From the NCBI GenBank assembly GCA_964583335.1, contig CAZOVG010000006.1:43675-107674 (forward strand): 64,000 nt of DNA. Direction: 5' to 3'. The position numbers were made by a program, and so were the translations under genes. Shown piece by piece: positions 17,991 through 25,840 of this stretch. This stretch comes from an uncultured Pseudobdellovibrionaceae bacterium. GTDB taxonomy: Bacteria > Pseudomonadota > Alphaproteobacteria > Micavibrionales > Micavibrionaceae. Under the pieces are notes generated by a model. It searched no databases. It saw only the letters and a program-made list of their open reading frames with translations, and was not told the origin of the DNA. How positions within the stretch are numbered: position 1 is the first letter of the stretch; each line of letters opens with the position of its first letter.

Positions 17991-19495
17991 GGATTTTCTT
18001 CTTCCAGTTTTTCAGGTTGCGGTTTCTCTTCGTCGTCCTGGGACAATGGCTCCGGTGTCGGCGCAGGCTGCGCTTCAGGCTTTCCAAGACGAATACCCAG
18101 CGCCTCCGCGCGTTTTTGATCAGCGGCAATGCGGCGATAGGTTTCGTCCACGTCGTAGCCTTCGGCTTCGATGATGTCGCTTGGCGCTTTCCAGCCGCAT
18201 TCCTGTGCGATCTTCTCGGCTTGGCGGTCTTTGAGCGGATCGACCCATTCCCATTTCGGCGTGATCCATTTAACTGCTGCGTATTTTACGGGATCGCTGG
18301 CAAAGCCAGGGAAGTTGAGCGCGCCGGATAGCACGGCGGTTTCCAGCCAGCGTTTCCAGACAGGACGGCAAAGTTGGTAAATCAGCGTCGCGTGCTGGAA
18401 TTGATCCATGCGACGGCGGAATTCCACCGTGCCAGCGCGGATGCTGGAATAATTGGCGGCCTTTAAATCGCCCGTGACATTCGTGTACGGCACGCCAAGC
18501 GCGGCAGCGATGGCCAGCAGCGTGCGGTACTGAAACATTTCATAGGAGCCACCCACATCGGCTGGGGAGGAAAACTTCACATCCTCGCCAGGCAATAGCA
18601 CCTGCATTGTGCCTGGGGACAATCCGGCAATGGCGGCACCAGCCGCATCAGGCGCACCTTCGCCCAGCAAATTGTCTTCCGGCGCGTTCTTGGTAATGAA
18701 ACCTGCGAACAAGGCTGCAACTTTTTTCCGATCCAGCTCGGCGTCATCGTATTGATCGAGAAGATAGAGCTTCACCAGCGCAGGTGAAATCCACGGCACG
18801 CCACGGATTTGTCCAGGGCGTTGCGGGCGGTAAATGTGCAAGACCTCGCTGGCCGGAACCCGAACGATCTCGCCTTTGCTGCTCTGATCGGTCGCATCGC
18901 CTGGATGCTTGCGATAAAAATGGTAAGCCACGCGCCGACCGATCTTGTCGAATTCGACGCCGCAGCGAATTTGGTTTCCATTGGTGCCGATTTCGTTTTT
19001 CTCGAACGGTAGATGTTCGGATTCCAGTAATTGAAGCTGGAGCGGTACCGTTAAACCGTCTTCCGGACGACGGGGGCGGAAGCGCACGAAGCATTCACCC
19101 GCTTCGAACATGGCGCGCGCAGCCATTGCTTGCAGGCCGTAGAAATCGGTCAGATCATCGGCATCAGCCTCGTCCGTCCATGCCAGCCACACGCGCTGCA
19201 ATTCATCTTTCAACGCTGCGTCGGTCAGTAGGCTTGACGGTACAATCCCAGCGCCCACCGCATTGGCGACAAAACTATCAGCAGCGTTTGAGGCATAAGG
19301 ATTTGACCGCACGATTTGCCGCGCCCGCGCGCGCAGAAGGTCGCCGCCCGACGCCAGCAGAGAATTGATATTTTCCTGCGTGGCCTTCCAGGCGATCAGG
19401 CGGCGGTTTTGCATTGCGCCTTCAAAGGCGGATGCGGACAGCCGTCCGGTCGCGGCGAATTTCATCGCGGCGCTGATGCGGGAGAGCAATTTCAC
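17987..19495 (-). CDS. Portal protein, lambda family
   Basis: 502 aa, located between the gpW-like gene and the protease. The C-terminal tail is acidic. Confidence 0.85.
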   Translation of the reverse strand: MKLLSRISAAMKFAATGRLSASAFEGAMQNRRLIAWKATQENINSLLASGGDLLRARARQIVRSNPYASNAADSFVANAVGAGIVPSSLLTDAALKDELQRVWLAWTDEADADDLTDFYGLQAMAARAMFEAGECFVRFRPRRPEDGLTVPLQLQLLESEHLPFEKNEIGTNGNQIRCGVEFDKIGRRVAYHFYRKHPGDATDQSSKGEIVRVPASEVLHIYRPQRPGQIRGVPWISPALVKLYLLDQYDDAELDRKKVAALFAGFITKNAPEDNLLGEGAPDAAGAAIAGLSPGTMQVLLPGEDVKFSSPADVGGSYEMFQYRTLLAIAAALGVPYTNVTGDLKAANYSSIRAGTVEFRRRMDQFQHATLIYQLCRPVWKRWLETAVLSGALNFPGFASDPVKYAAVKWITPKWEWVDPLKDRQAEKIAQECGWKAPSDIIEAEGYDVDETYRRIAADQKRAEALGIRLGKPEAQPAPTPEPLSQDDEEKPQPEKLEEENP

Positions 19496-19702
19496 TTATA
19501 AATCCTTGTCGGCGTAGATTTTGATTTGACGGGTCTGGGGCTTTCCGCTGTCACGCGCCAGCGAGGCTTCCACCTCGTTAAGGGCAGCTTTCAGCTCGGC
19601 CATCGAACGGTATTCGACGTTCTTGCCGTCATAGGACAGGCGCAAAACGCCGCTCACAATCGCCTGTCGCAAGGCGTCGCGCTGTGCGATGGTATAGGTC
19701 AT
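19496..19702 (-). CDS. Head-to-tail joining protein gpW-like
   Basis: 68 aa (MTYTIAQRDALRQAIVSGVLRLSYDGKNVEYRSMAELKAAL), sitting between terminase and portal as in lambda. Confidence 0.75.
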   Translation of the reverse strand: MTYTIAQRDALRQAIVSGVLRLSYDGKNVEYRSMAELKAALNEVEASLARDSGKPQTRQIKIYADKDL

Positions 19703-21594
19703 AGATAATCACTCCTGATAACGCGCCGCGCGGCGGGGGTGGTTGGTGTTGGTTTCTGTGTGTCGGACGCATCTGCCGGAATTTGGATACTGCGTCCCAG
19801 CGCGCGCTCCAGCTTTTGCCAAGTGGCATCGTTGAAACGGTCAATCCCCAACGCAGATGCAGCCGCGCGGGCATAAATCCTGCAATCCAGCGCCTCGTTG
19901 CGTTCCCGCAGCTTGCGCCATTCACGGTGTGGAAAGCCGCGCTTGTCCTTCACAGTCACCAGTCGTTCGGCGGTCAACTGTTTGAAATATTCCTCTCCAT
20001 ATTTCGGGAAATGGCAAAAGCCAGCAGGATATTTTTCGCCGTCTGCCATCTGTTCATCGGTCGGCTTGTCCTTGCGTAACGCGCCGTAAAGCTCCGACTT
20101 GCAAAACGACGATCCGACAGGCCAGACCAGCAGACCACGGCGCTTGCGCTTGCCATTGGCTGTAACATCAATATGGCTTGGCGTGCCGATAGCCGCGCCA
20201 AGGCGCTCGATACCTTTGACAGCGATGACCCGATCCGATGGCTGCTTGCGTACCCAATCGTAAACTTCTTGCGTGGCATAGCCCGTGTCGATGGCTAGCC
20301 GCAGGATCGAAAGTTCCGTGTTGCCTGCGTGCGTGAAGGTTTCTGCCAGCACGCCATCAAGCTGCCGCCAGACATCCGGTTTGACCGGATCGCCTTGCAG
20401 CACGCGATAATCCACCGACCAGCTTTCACGGTCGCGGCCCCAAGCCACGATCTCCAGCTCGATACGGTCTTTCTGTACGTCAACGCCAGCGGTGAGGAAC
20501 AAACCTCCCTCCGGCACTTCGCCGATACGATAATCCTCGCGTCGGTCGTAAAGCCTCTGCCATTCCGGCGCTTCACCGGATTCCGTCCATGTCCGAGCTT
20601 CGATGGTATTGACGTAAACTTTCATGGCCGCATCGTCCTTGGCGGCAATCTTGCGTTCTGCAATCTGCGTCCATGACAGCCACGGGCTGTTCAGGCCAGA
20701 GAGATGAAATCCCGCCGCTTTGCCAGGGCCAGGCGCATCCGCGCGCCATTCACCGCGTGCATTCATCCACGCTTTACGGTGGGCGGGGACGACCACACCG
20801 CAATGCGCGCAGAAATAAGCGGCTTCCTCCGGTTTGTCCTTTGGCCATTGCAGGCGCTTTTCTTCCAGTACCTGATATTCCTGACATTCCGGACACGGCA
20901 CCCACCAGCGACGGCGGTCGGAGGCTTCGTATTCCAGCTCGATCCGGCTCAAGCCCTGGATGGTGGGCGTGGAAACCAGAAAGATTTTCCGGTTGGCAAA
21001 CGTGATCGTGCGCTGGCTGGCCAAAGAAACCGGATCACCTTCGCCGTCTACGTCAAAATCGTATGCGTCCACCTCGTCGAGAAAGAGGTAGCGCACGGGC
21101 ATTGAGCGCAAGCCGACGGCGCTGTTCGCGCCCGTCATGACCAGGATGCCGCCCGTAAATTCTTTGCTCTGCACCGTGTTTCCGCTATCGCGGGAACGGG
21201 CTTCCTTGACGCGCTCCCGCAGGACAGGGGTGCTGTCGATCAGCGAAGCCACGCGCTGTTTCGACCAGCGTTTGGCCATTTCCACGGTCGGCTGCACCGC
21301 CAGCATTGGGCCTGGCGAGTGATGGATGACGTAACCGATCCAGTTGTTGCCTGCCTCGGTGCCGCCAATTTGCGCACCCTTCATGAACACGACTTTCTCG
21401 GCGGGATTGCTGGGGGACAGGCAATCCATGATCTCACGCAAGTAAGGCGTGCGGTCGGTGCGCCACGGCCCAGGCTCGCCAGAGGCGGTCTGGGACAGGT
21501 AACGGTGTGCATCCGCCCATTCCGACACCGACAAACGCGGATCCGGTCGCAGCGCCAGCGCGGCGTGCGTCAAACATTCCTGCAAGGATTCCAT
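19699..21594 (-). CDS. Terminase large subunit (GpA family)
   Basis: 631 aa with a Walker A-like KGAQIGGTE and Walker B LFLDEVDAY. A zinc-ribbon-like CPECQ...CAHCG is also present. Confidence 0.9.
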   Translation of the reverse strand: MESLQECLTHAALALRPDPRLSVSEWADAHRYLSQTASGEPGPWRTDRTPYLREIMDCLSPSNPAEKVVFMKGAQIGGTEAGNNWIGYVIHHSPGPMLAVQPTVEMAKRWSKQRVASLIDSTPVLRERVKEARSRDSGNTVQSKEFTGGILVMTGANSAVGLRSMPVRYLFLDEVDAYDFDVDGEGDPVSLASQRTITFANRKIFLVSTPTIQGLSRIELEYEASDRRRWWVPCPECQEYQVLEEKRLQWPKDKPEEAAYFCAHCGVVVPAHRKAWMNARGEWRADAPGPGKAAGFHLSGLNSPWLSWTQIAERKIAAKDDAAMKVYVNTIEARTWTESGEAPEWQRLYDRREDYRIGEVPEGGLFLTAGVDVQKDRIELEIVAWGRDRESWSVDYRVLQGDPVKPDVWRQLDGVLAETFTHAGNTELSILRLAIDTGYATQEVYDWVRKQPSDRVIAVKGIERLGAAIGTPSHIDVTANGKRKRRGLLVWPVGSSFCKSELYGALRKDKPTDEQMADGEKYPAGFCHFPKYGEEYFKQLTAERLVTVKDKRGFPHREWRKLRERNEALDCRIYARAAASALGIDRFNDATWQKLERALGRSIQIPADASDTQKPTPTTPAARRVIRSDYL

Positions 21595-21596
21595 GA

Positions 21597-22136
21597 TCAG
21601 CCGATCTGTAAATTCGCTATGGCGTCGGCGGCGTCATTCAGGATGATGCGTAATTCCTCTTCAAGAAGGTCGCGGACGATTTTAGGGTCGCTTTCCGTTG
21701 CCAGCAGTGGCGCAAGGCGATCCGGCAAATTCAAGGCACGGTCGCGCACGACGCGCAGCGTGTTAAACCAGGCCACCTTGACGCTGTCGGTTTTGACTAG
21801 CGCGCCAGATTTTTCTTCATAGGCCAGCTTGGCCAGCCGTGCGTTGTAGGCTTCCTTGATCGCGCGGCTTTGCGCAAAGCTGGGGCCGGAGTTGACGATG
21901 GGCGGGCCAACGGGTGCGTCGGCGTTACCGTCGTGGCGCGGCGGGGCGCTCGGCTTCGTCGCCTTGCGCTTTTGCGCCTGATTGGTATTGCGCTCCCATG
22001 CGGCGTCGGCTTTCGCGGGATCGATGGTGCCGTCCGGCTCCTTTTCGATGCGTCCCACCTTGATGGCCTTTAATACAGCGACGTGACTCACGCCGCGATG
22101 CCGCGCGTATGCGGTAATCGATAAACCTTTGCTCAA
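21597..22136 (-). CDS. Terminase small subunit (Nu1-like HTH)
   Basis: TTG start. The N-terminal HTH is SITAYARHRGVSHVAVLKAIKVGRI. It is adjacent to TerL. Confidence 0.7.
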   Translation of the reverse strand: MSKGLSITAYARHRGVSHVAVLKAIKVGRIEKEPDGTIDPAKADAAWERNTNQAQKRKATKPSAPPRHDGNADAPVGPPIVNSGPSFAQSRAIKEAYNARLAKLAYEEKSGALVKTDSVKVAWFNTLRVVRDRALNLPDRLAPLLATESDPKIVRDLLEEELRIILNDAADAIANLQIG

Positions 22137-22211
22137 AGTGCATCATTCCATGATCCGTTAAGGCCGAAGAAAGCCATCAGATTGCTCGATAATTGACTGG
22201 ATAAGTGGCCG

Positions 22212-22228
22212 GAATGAAGCGTTCATGG
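22212..22228 (+). promoter_or_regulatory. 17-bp motif GAATGAAGCGTTCATGG (copy 1) with internal ATGAA-N3-TTCAT inverted repeat
   Basis: Exact duplicate of 23034..23050. It ends 19 nt upstream of the ATG at 22248. Confidence 0.6.
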
Positions 22229-22247
22229 GGAAGAAAGGAGAACGCTT

Positions 22248-22607
22248 ATGCCTACCAAATCCAAAGCCAAAAAAGCCAAGCCCGCCAAAGCGGCCAAGGC
22301 CAAAACCGCTCCCAAAAAGAGCAATCCTAAAAAACTGTCCACGCCGATGAAGAAGGCGCTGGATGCCGTCGCCAACATGCCCGTCCGCAAGGACACTAAG
22401 TTGGAAGCGGTCATTCAACTGCTTTCGCGTCCCGAAGGTGCCACCATTGAAGACATGGTGACCGCGACGGGCTGGCAAAAACATACGATCCGCAGCGCGC
22501 TGTCCCATGCGCTTGCCAAGAAGCGCGGCTACGAGATCGTGTCCGACAAACCCAAGGACGGCTTGCGCATTTACAAAATCGCATCCGCCCCGAAAGACAA
22601 GGAGTAA
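22248..22607 (+). CDS. DUF3489-like protein with Lys/Ala/Pro-rich histone-H1-like N-terminal tail
   Basis: RBS aaaggag. The tail PTKSKAKKAKPAKAAKAKTAPKKSNPKK is followed by KLEAVIQLLSRPEGATIEDMVTATGWQKHTIRSALS, which is the DUF3489 signature from memory. Confidence 0.65.
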   Translation: MPTKSKAKKAKPAKAAKAKTAPKKSNPKKLSTPMKKALDAVANMPVRKDTKLEAVIQLLSRPEGATIEDMVTATGWQKHTIRSALSHALAKKRGYEIVSDKPKDGLRIYKIASAPKDKE

Positions 22608-22612
22608 ACCCA

Positions 22613-22942
22613 ATGCAAAAGAACAGCGGGTACCACGTCCATCATCTGGAGAGCCTGAGAGGGCAACTCCTGATACGCCGCAATCAACTCAACGTCGACG
22701 ACATCAAAAAGGCCGTCGAGCTTTGGCATCAGGATTCCAAATCAACCATCCGCACCGTCATCGGCGTCGGCGAAGACGGGCTGATCGGTTCGGAGCGCGA
22801 TGGCTGGCACCCTGATTTGCCGGATGCTTTTTCTAGCGGTCTTGTGATGATCCCGTGGGTGCAGATTTTAGAGCTGCTAAAGCGGGTGCCAGAAGGCGCA
22901 ACGGGCATATTCCTCAGCAATCCATCCTCCACAAAGCAATAA
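22613..22942 (+). CDS. Hypothetical protein
   Basis: 109 aa with AAGGAG 8 nt upstream. It starts 5 nt after the previous stop. Confidence 0.55.
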   Translation: MQKNSGYHVHHLESLRGQLLIRRNQLNVDDIKKAVELWHQDSKSTIRTVIGVGEDGLIGSERDGWHPDLPDAFSSGLVMIPWVQILELLKRVPEGATGIFLSNPSSTKQ

Positions 22943-22954
22943 AATGATCGTGAT

Positions 22955-22995
22955 GCGCCGGTTGATTATCAAACAATCAATCGGCGCGTTTCTTC
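22955..22995 (+). terminator. Putative rho-independent terminator
   Basis: 13-bp stem (gcgccggttgatt / aatcaatcggcgc, 1 mismatch) with a 7-nt loop, then gtttcttc. Confidence 0.5.
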
Positions 22996-23033
22996 GCAAT
23001 CATTCCGGCCCGATTAGAGTTGATAATCCCGAC

Positions 23034-23050
23034 GAATGAAGCGTTCATGG
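23034..23050 (+). promoter_or_regulatory. 17-bp motif GAATGAAGCGTTCATGG (copy 2)
   Basis: Exact duplicate of 22212..22228. It ends 26 nt upstream of the ATG at 23077. Confidence 0.6.
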
Positions 23051-23076
23051 ACATGTAAGCATTGAAGGAGATTGCC

Positions 23077-23595
23077 ATGAAAAACTTCCAACCATTACCG
23101 ACCGCAAACCAAGAGTGGGGCTTCTGGGGTACCAGCGTCCGCAACGGCTACGATGCCGAATTGACGTGGGACGCCGCCAGCCGCTTCCTCGCAAAAGAAT
23201 TTGACCTGACCGCCGAGCAAGCCCGCGACGTGCTGGACGCGCGTTTTGGCAGACACCTTGCCGACGATTTAAGTTTCATCGACAACGGCGCGGGCAACGC
23301 CAAAGGGCCGATCAGCGCCGCCGCAATTGCCAAGCATCTGACGGCGCGCGTGGCCGACCAAGGCTGGCGCGACAGCTTTGAAAACGCCATCTGCGAAACC
23401 ACAGGAAAAACATTCCCGTGCAAGGCACCAATGACCAAGGACGCGCTTTTCACGCAGATCGCGCAACAGCACCTTGGCATCGAAACGCTGGTCACCCGCA
23501 AATCCGACGGCCTCGACTTCCACGACGTTGCAGTCTGGAGCGTCAAGGACGCGCTTGAAGCCGCCTTTGAGGCTGGCCGCAAGGCTCGGAAATAA
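23077..23595 (+). CDS. Hypothetical protein (172 aa)
   Basis: ATG at 23077 preceded by GAAGGAG; the ORF track starts at an upstream TTG. The C-terminal segment LDFHDVAVWSVKDALEAAFEAG resembles a domain common on alphaproteobacterial plasmids and phages (from memory). Confidence 0.6.
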   Translation: MKNFQPLPTANQEWGFWGTSVRNGYDAELTWDAASRFLAKEFDLTAEQARDVLDARFGRHLADDLSFIDNGAGNAKGPISAAAIAKHLTARVADQGWRDSFENAICETTGKTFPCKAPMTKDALFTQIAQQHLGIETLVTRKSDGLDFHDVAVWSVKDALEAAFEAGRKARK

Positions 23596-23606
23596 GGGAG
23601 ATCATC

Positions 23607-24092
23607 ATGAGCAAGAACACCAGCCACGCTTACAACGAAACCAGCGAAAAAATCGTTTATCTCCTGTCGCAACTGTCGGAACATTTTTACGAGCCGTTGC
23701 GCTTTGGCACGGGCGAAAAAAGAAAATCCGTCACCAAGACCGATCTTGAAAAACTTGAACGCACTTACAAAAAGCTAAACGGGCTTGCCACGGCTTGCGG
23801 GCTGGATGTCGAAAAAATCCATGCGACATTCCTTGGCATTGTCACTGCCAGCTACAAAGAACTGGTTGAAACTTTTGGCCAGCCCAAAGCTGGGGATGGA
23901 TACAAAACCGAAGTCGAATGGGAAGTCGAACTGATCCCTAGAAAATTTGTCACCATCTACAATTACAAAAACAGCAAGTCCTACGACAGCAAAAACCCCA
24001 CCATCAAGCGCGTCCGCGAATGGAGCGTGAACGGCACGGATTCCGATGCCATCGAATGGGTCAAAGGAATGCTTGGTCAAGAAACCAAATAG
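23607..24092 (+). CDS. Hypothetical protein (161 aa)
   Basis: RBS GGGAG and lower GC. I recognise no catalytic motif. Confidence 0.55.
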   Translation: MSKNTSHAYNETSEKIVYLLSQLSEHFYEPLRFGTGEKRKSVTKTDLEKLERTYKKLNGLATACGLDVEKIHATFLGIVTASYKELVETFGQPKAGDGYKTEVEWEVELIPRKFVTIYNYKNSKSYDSKNPTIKRVREWSVNGTDSDAIEWVKGMLGQETK

Positions 24093-24104
24093 GAGGAACC
24101 CATC

Positions 24105-24620
24105 ATGGCTGACACCATCCACGTCATTTACGCCCGCAAACCCTGCGACTGGCATGAAATCGAAAGTGGGTCGCGCCGCGATTGCGGCACGGCCTATCCA
24201 ACCGAAATCATCGAAACCAAAGAAATGACCGCCGCCGAGTACGATGCCTTCATCGCCAAGCCTCTGGCCAGCCGCGAATGGCTGGCGGGCAAAGGCGGCT
24301 GGAAGAACAACAACGTGCGTTACGCCGTTGCGGTCACCGCGCCGGAGCGCGAAACCATCTACGTCGATCCGTCAGGCTCCGACTATGGCCGTTATGTTGG
24401 GCGGCGGGTTGACGACGCTGGCGTCGTCAAATTCCCCGACATCCGTGTCCGCCTGACGGGCAAGGACGGCAACGCCTTCAACATTATCGGCCTGTGCAAG
24501 CGCGCGGCGCAAAAGGGCGGGCTTTCCGACGGCGAAGTCAAAGCCTTCCTCGACGAAGCCACGGCGGGCGATTACAACCATCTGCTGGCAACGTGCCAAC
24601 GATGGTTCGATTGCTATTAA
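24105..24620 (+). CDS. Hypothetical protein (171 aa)
   Basis: RBS AGGAGG. The C-terminal about 55 aa (VRLTGKDGNAFNIIGLCKRAAQKGGLSDGEVKAFLDEATAGDYNHLLATCQRWF) resemble a small stand-alone phage domain. Confidence 0.55.
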   Translation: MADTIHVIYARKPCDWHEIESGSRRDCGTAYPTEIIETKEMTAAEYDAFIAKPLASREWLAGKGGWKNNNVRYAVAVTAPERETIYVDPSGSDYGRYVGRRVDDAGVVKFPDIRVRLTGKDGNAFNIIGLCKRAAQKGGLSDGEVKAFLDEATAGDYNHLLATCQRWFDCY

Positions 24621-25840
24621 GCAGCGACCAGCTCGGCCTTCTTGCCCGTAAATTCTTCCCAGCGTTTAACGATCACGTCGACGTATTTTGGGTCAAGCTC
24701 GATCATCCGGCATTGGCGGTTCAATTTTTCGCAAGCGATCAATGTGGTGCCGGAGCCGCCAAAGCAATCCAGCACGATGTCGCGGCTCTTGCTGCTGTTG
24801 TTGACAGCGCGTTCCACCAGCTCCACGGGCTTCATGGTGGGGTGCAGCTCGTTGCGCACAGGTTTGTTCACAAACCACACATCGCCTTGATCGCGCGCAC
24901 CGCACCAGTAATGATCGTTGCCTTGTTTCCAGCCGTAAAGGATCGGCTCGTATTGGCGCTGATAATCCGCGCGGCCAAGGGTGAAGGTATTTTTCGCCCA
25001 GATGACAAACGTCGACCATTTGCCGCCCGCCTCGATGAAGGCTTTTTGCAGCGTATGTAATTCGCTCGATGACATGCAGACGTAAAGCGCGCCTTTGCAA
25101 ACGGTCAGCATATTGACGCAAGCGTCGTAAAGGAACCGCTCGAAGCCGTCGCCGAGATTGTCATTCATGATGGTGCGGTTCGTGCCGCGCAGTTTGTCCT
25201 TGGCGGTGTTGCCGTAATCCACGTTGTAAGGCGGATCCGTGAACACCATATCCGCCAGCGCGCCGTCCAGCACCCGCTCGACGTTGGCCAGCACGGTGCT
25301 GTCGCCGCAGAGCAAAAGGTGGTTGCCCAGCCGCCAGAGGTCGCCAGGCTTGCTAACGGGCGTTTCCGGCGCTTCCGGCACGGCATCCTCGTCGGTCTGG
25401 CCTTCCGCCGTATTCGGCTCGGCCAGCAGGGCTGCCAGCTCGTCGTCGGAAAAACCGATGACGGGCAAGTCAAAATCTTCCGCTGCCAGCGCCGTCATTT
25501 CAGCGCGCAGCAAATCCTCATCCCATCCGGCATTGAGCGCCAGCTTGTTGTCGGCGATGACGTAGGCGCGCTTTTGCGCCTCGGTCAGATGATCCAGCAC
25601 GACGACGGGGACTTGCGCAAGGCCGAGTTGTTTTGCCGCCTGGAGGCGACCGTGGCCCGCGATAATGCCCGCCGCCGTGTCGACAAGGATCGGATTGAGA
25701 AAACCAAATTCGGCAATACTGGCCGCGATCTGGTTGACCTGTTCCGGCGAATGGGTGCGCGGGTTCTTGTCGTAAGGGACGAGCTTATCCGTTGGCCAGA
25801 CCTCGATGCGGTCGGCCATGCGTTTGTTTAAATCAGACAT
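24617..25840 (-). CDS. ParB-like nuclease domain fused to N6-adenine/N4-cytosine DNA methyltransferase
   Basis: The N-terminus has the ParB/Srx motif (PYDKNPRTHSPEQVNQIAASIAEFGFLNPILVD). The DPPY motif is FTDPPYNVDYG, and the C-terminal FGGSGTT is the AdoMet motif. Confidence 0.9.
   Translation of the reverse strand: MSDLNKRMADRIEVWPTDKLVPYDKNPRTHSPEQVNQIAASIAEFGFLNPILVDTAAGIIAGHGRLQAAKQLGLAQVPVVVLDHLTEAQKRAYVIADNKLALNAGWDEDLLRAEMTALAAEDFDLPVIGFSDDELAALLAEPNTAEGQTDEDAVPEAPETPVSKPGDLWRLGNHLLLCGDSTVLANVERVLDGALADMVFTDPPYNVDYGNTAKDKLRGTNRTIMNDNLGDGFERFLYDACVNMLTVCKGALYVCMSSSELHTLQKAFIEAGGKWSTFVIWAKNTFTLGRADYQRQYEPILYGWKQGNDHYWCGARDQGDVWFVNKPVRNELHPTMKPVELVERAVNNSSKSRDIVLDCFGGSGTTLIACEKLNRQCRMIELDPKYVDVIVKRWEEFTGKKAELVAA

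Noticed and set aside
22178-22184. Single CAGATTG heptamer upstream of the + strand island, matching the iteron unit
   Set aside because: A single 7-mer match is expected by chance several times in 64 kb, so it is not treated as linked to the iteron array.
22158-22613. 151-aa minus-strand ORF opposite the DUF3489-like gene
   Set aside because: Its Gly/Phe/Leu-rich product is the mirror image of the Lys/Ala-rich coding strand. The + strand gene has a good RBS and a recognisable domain.
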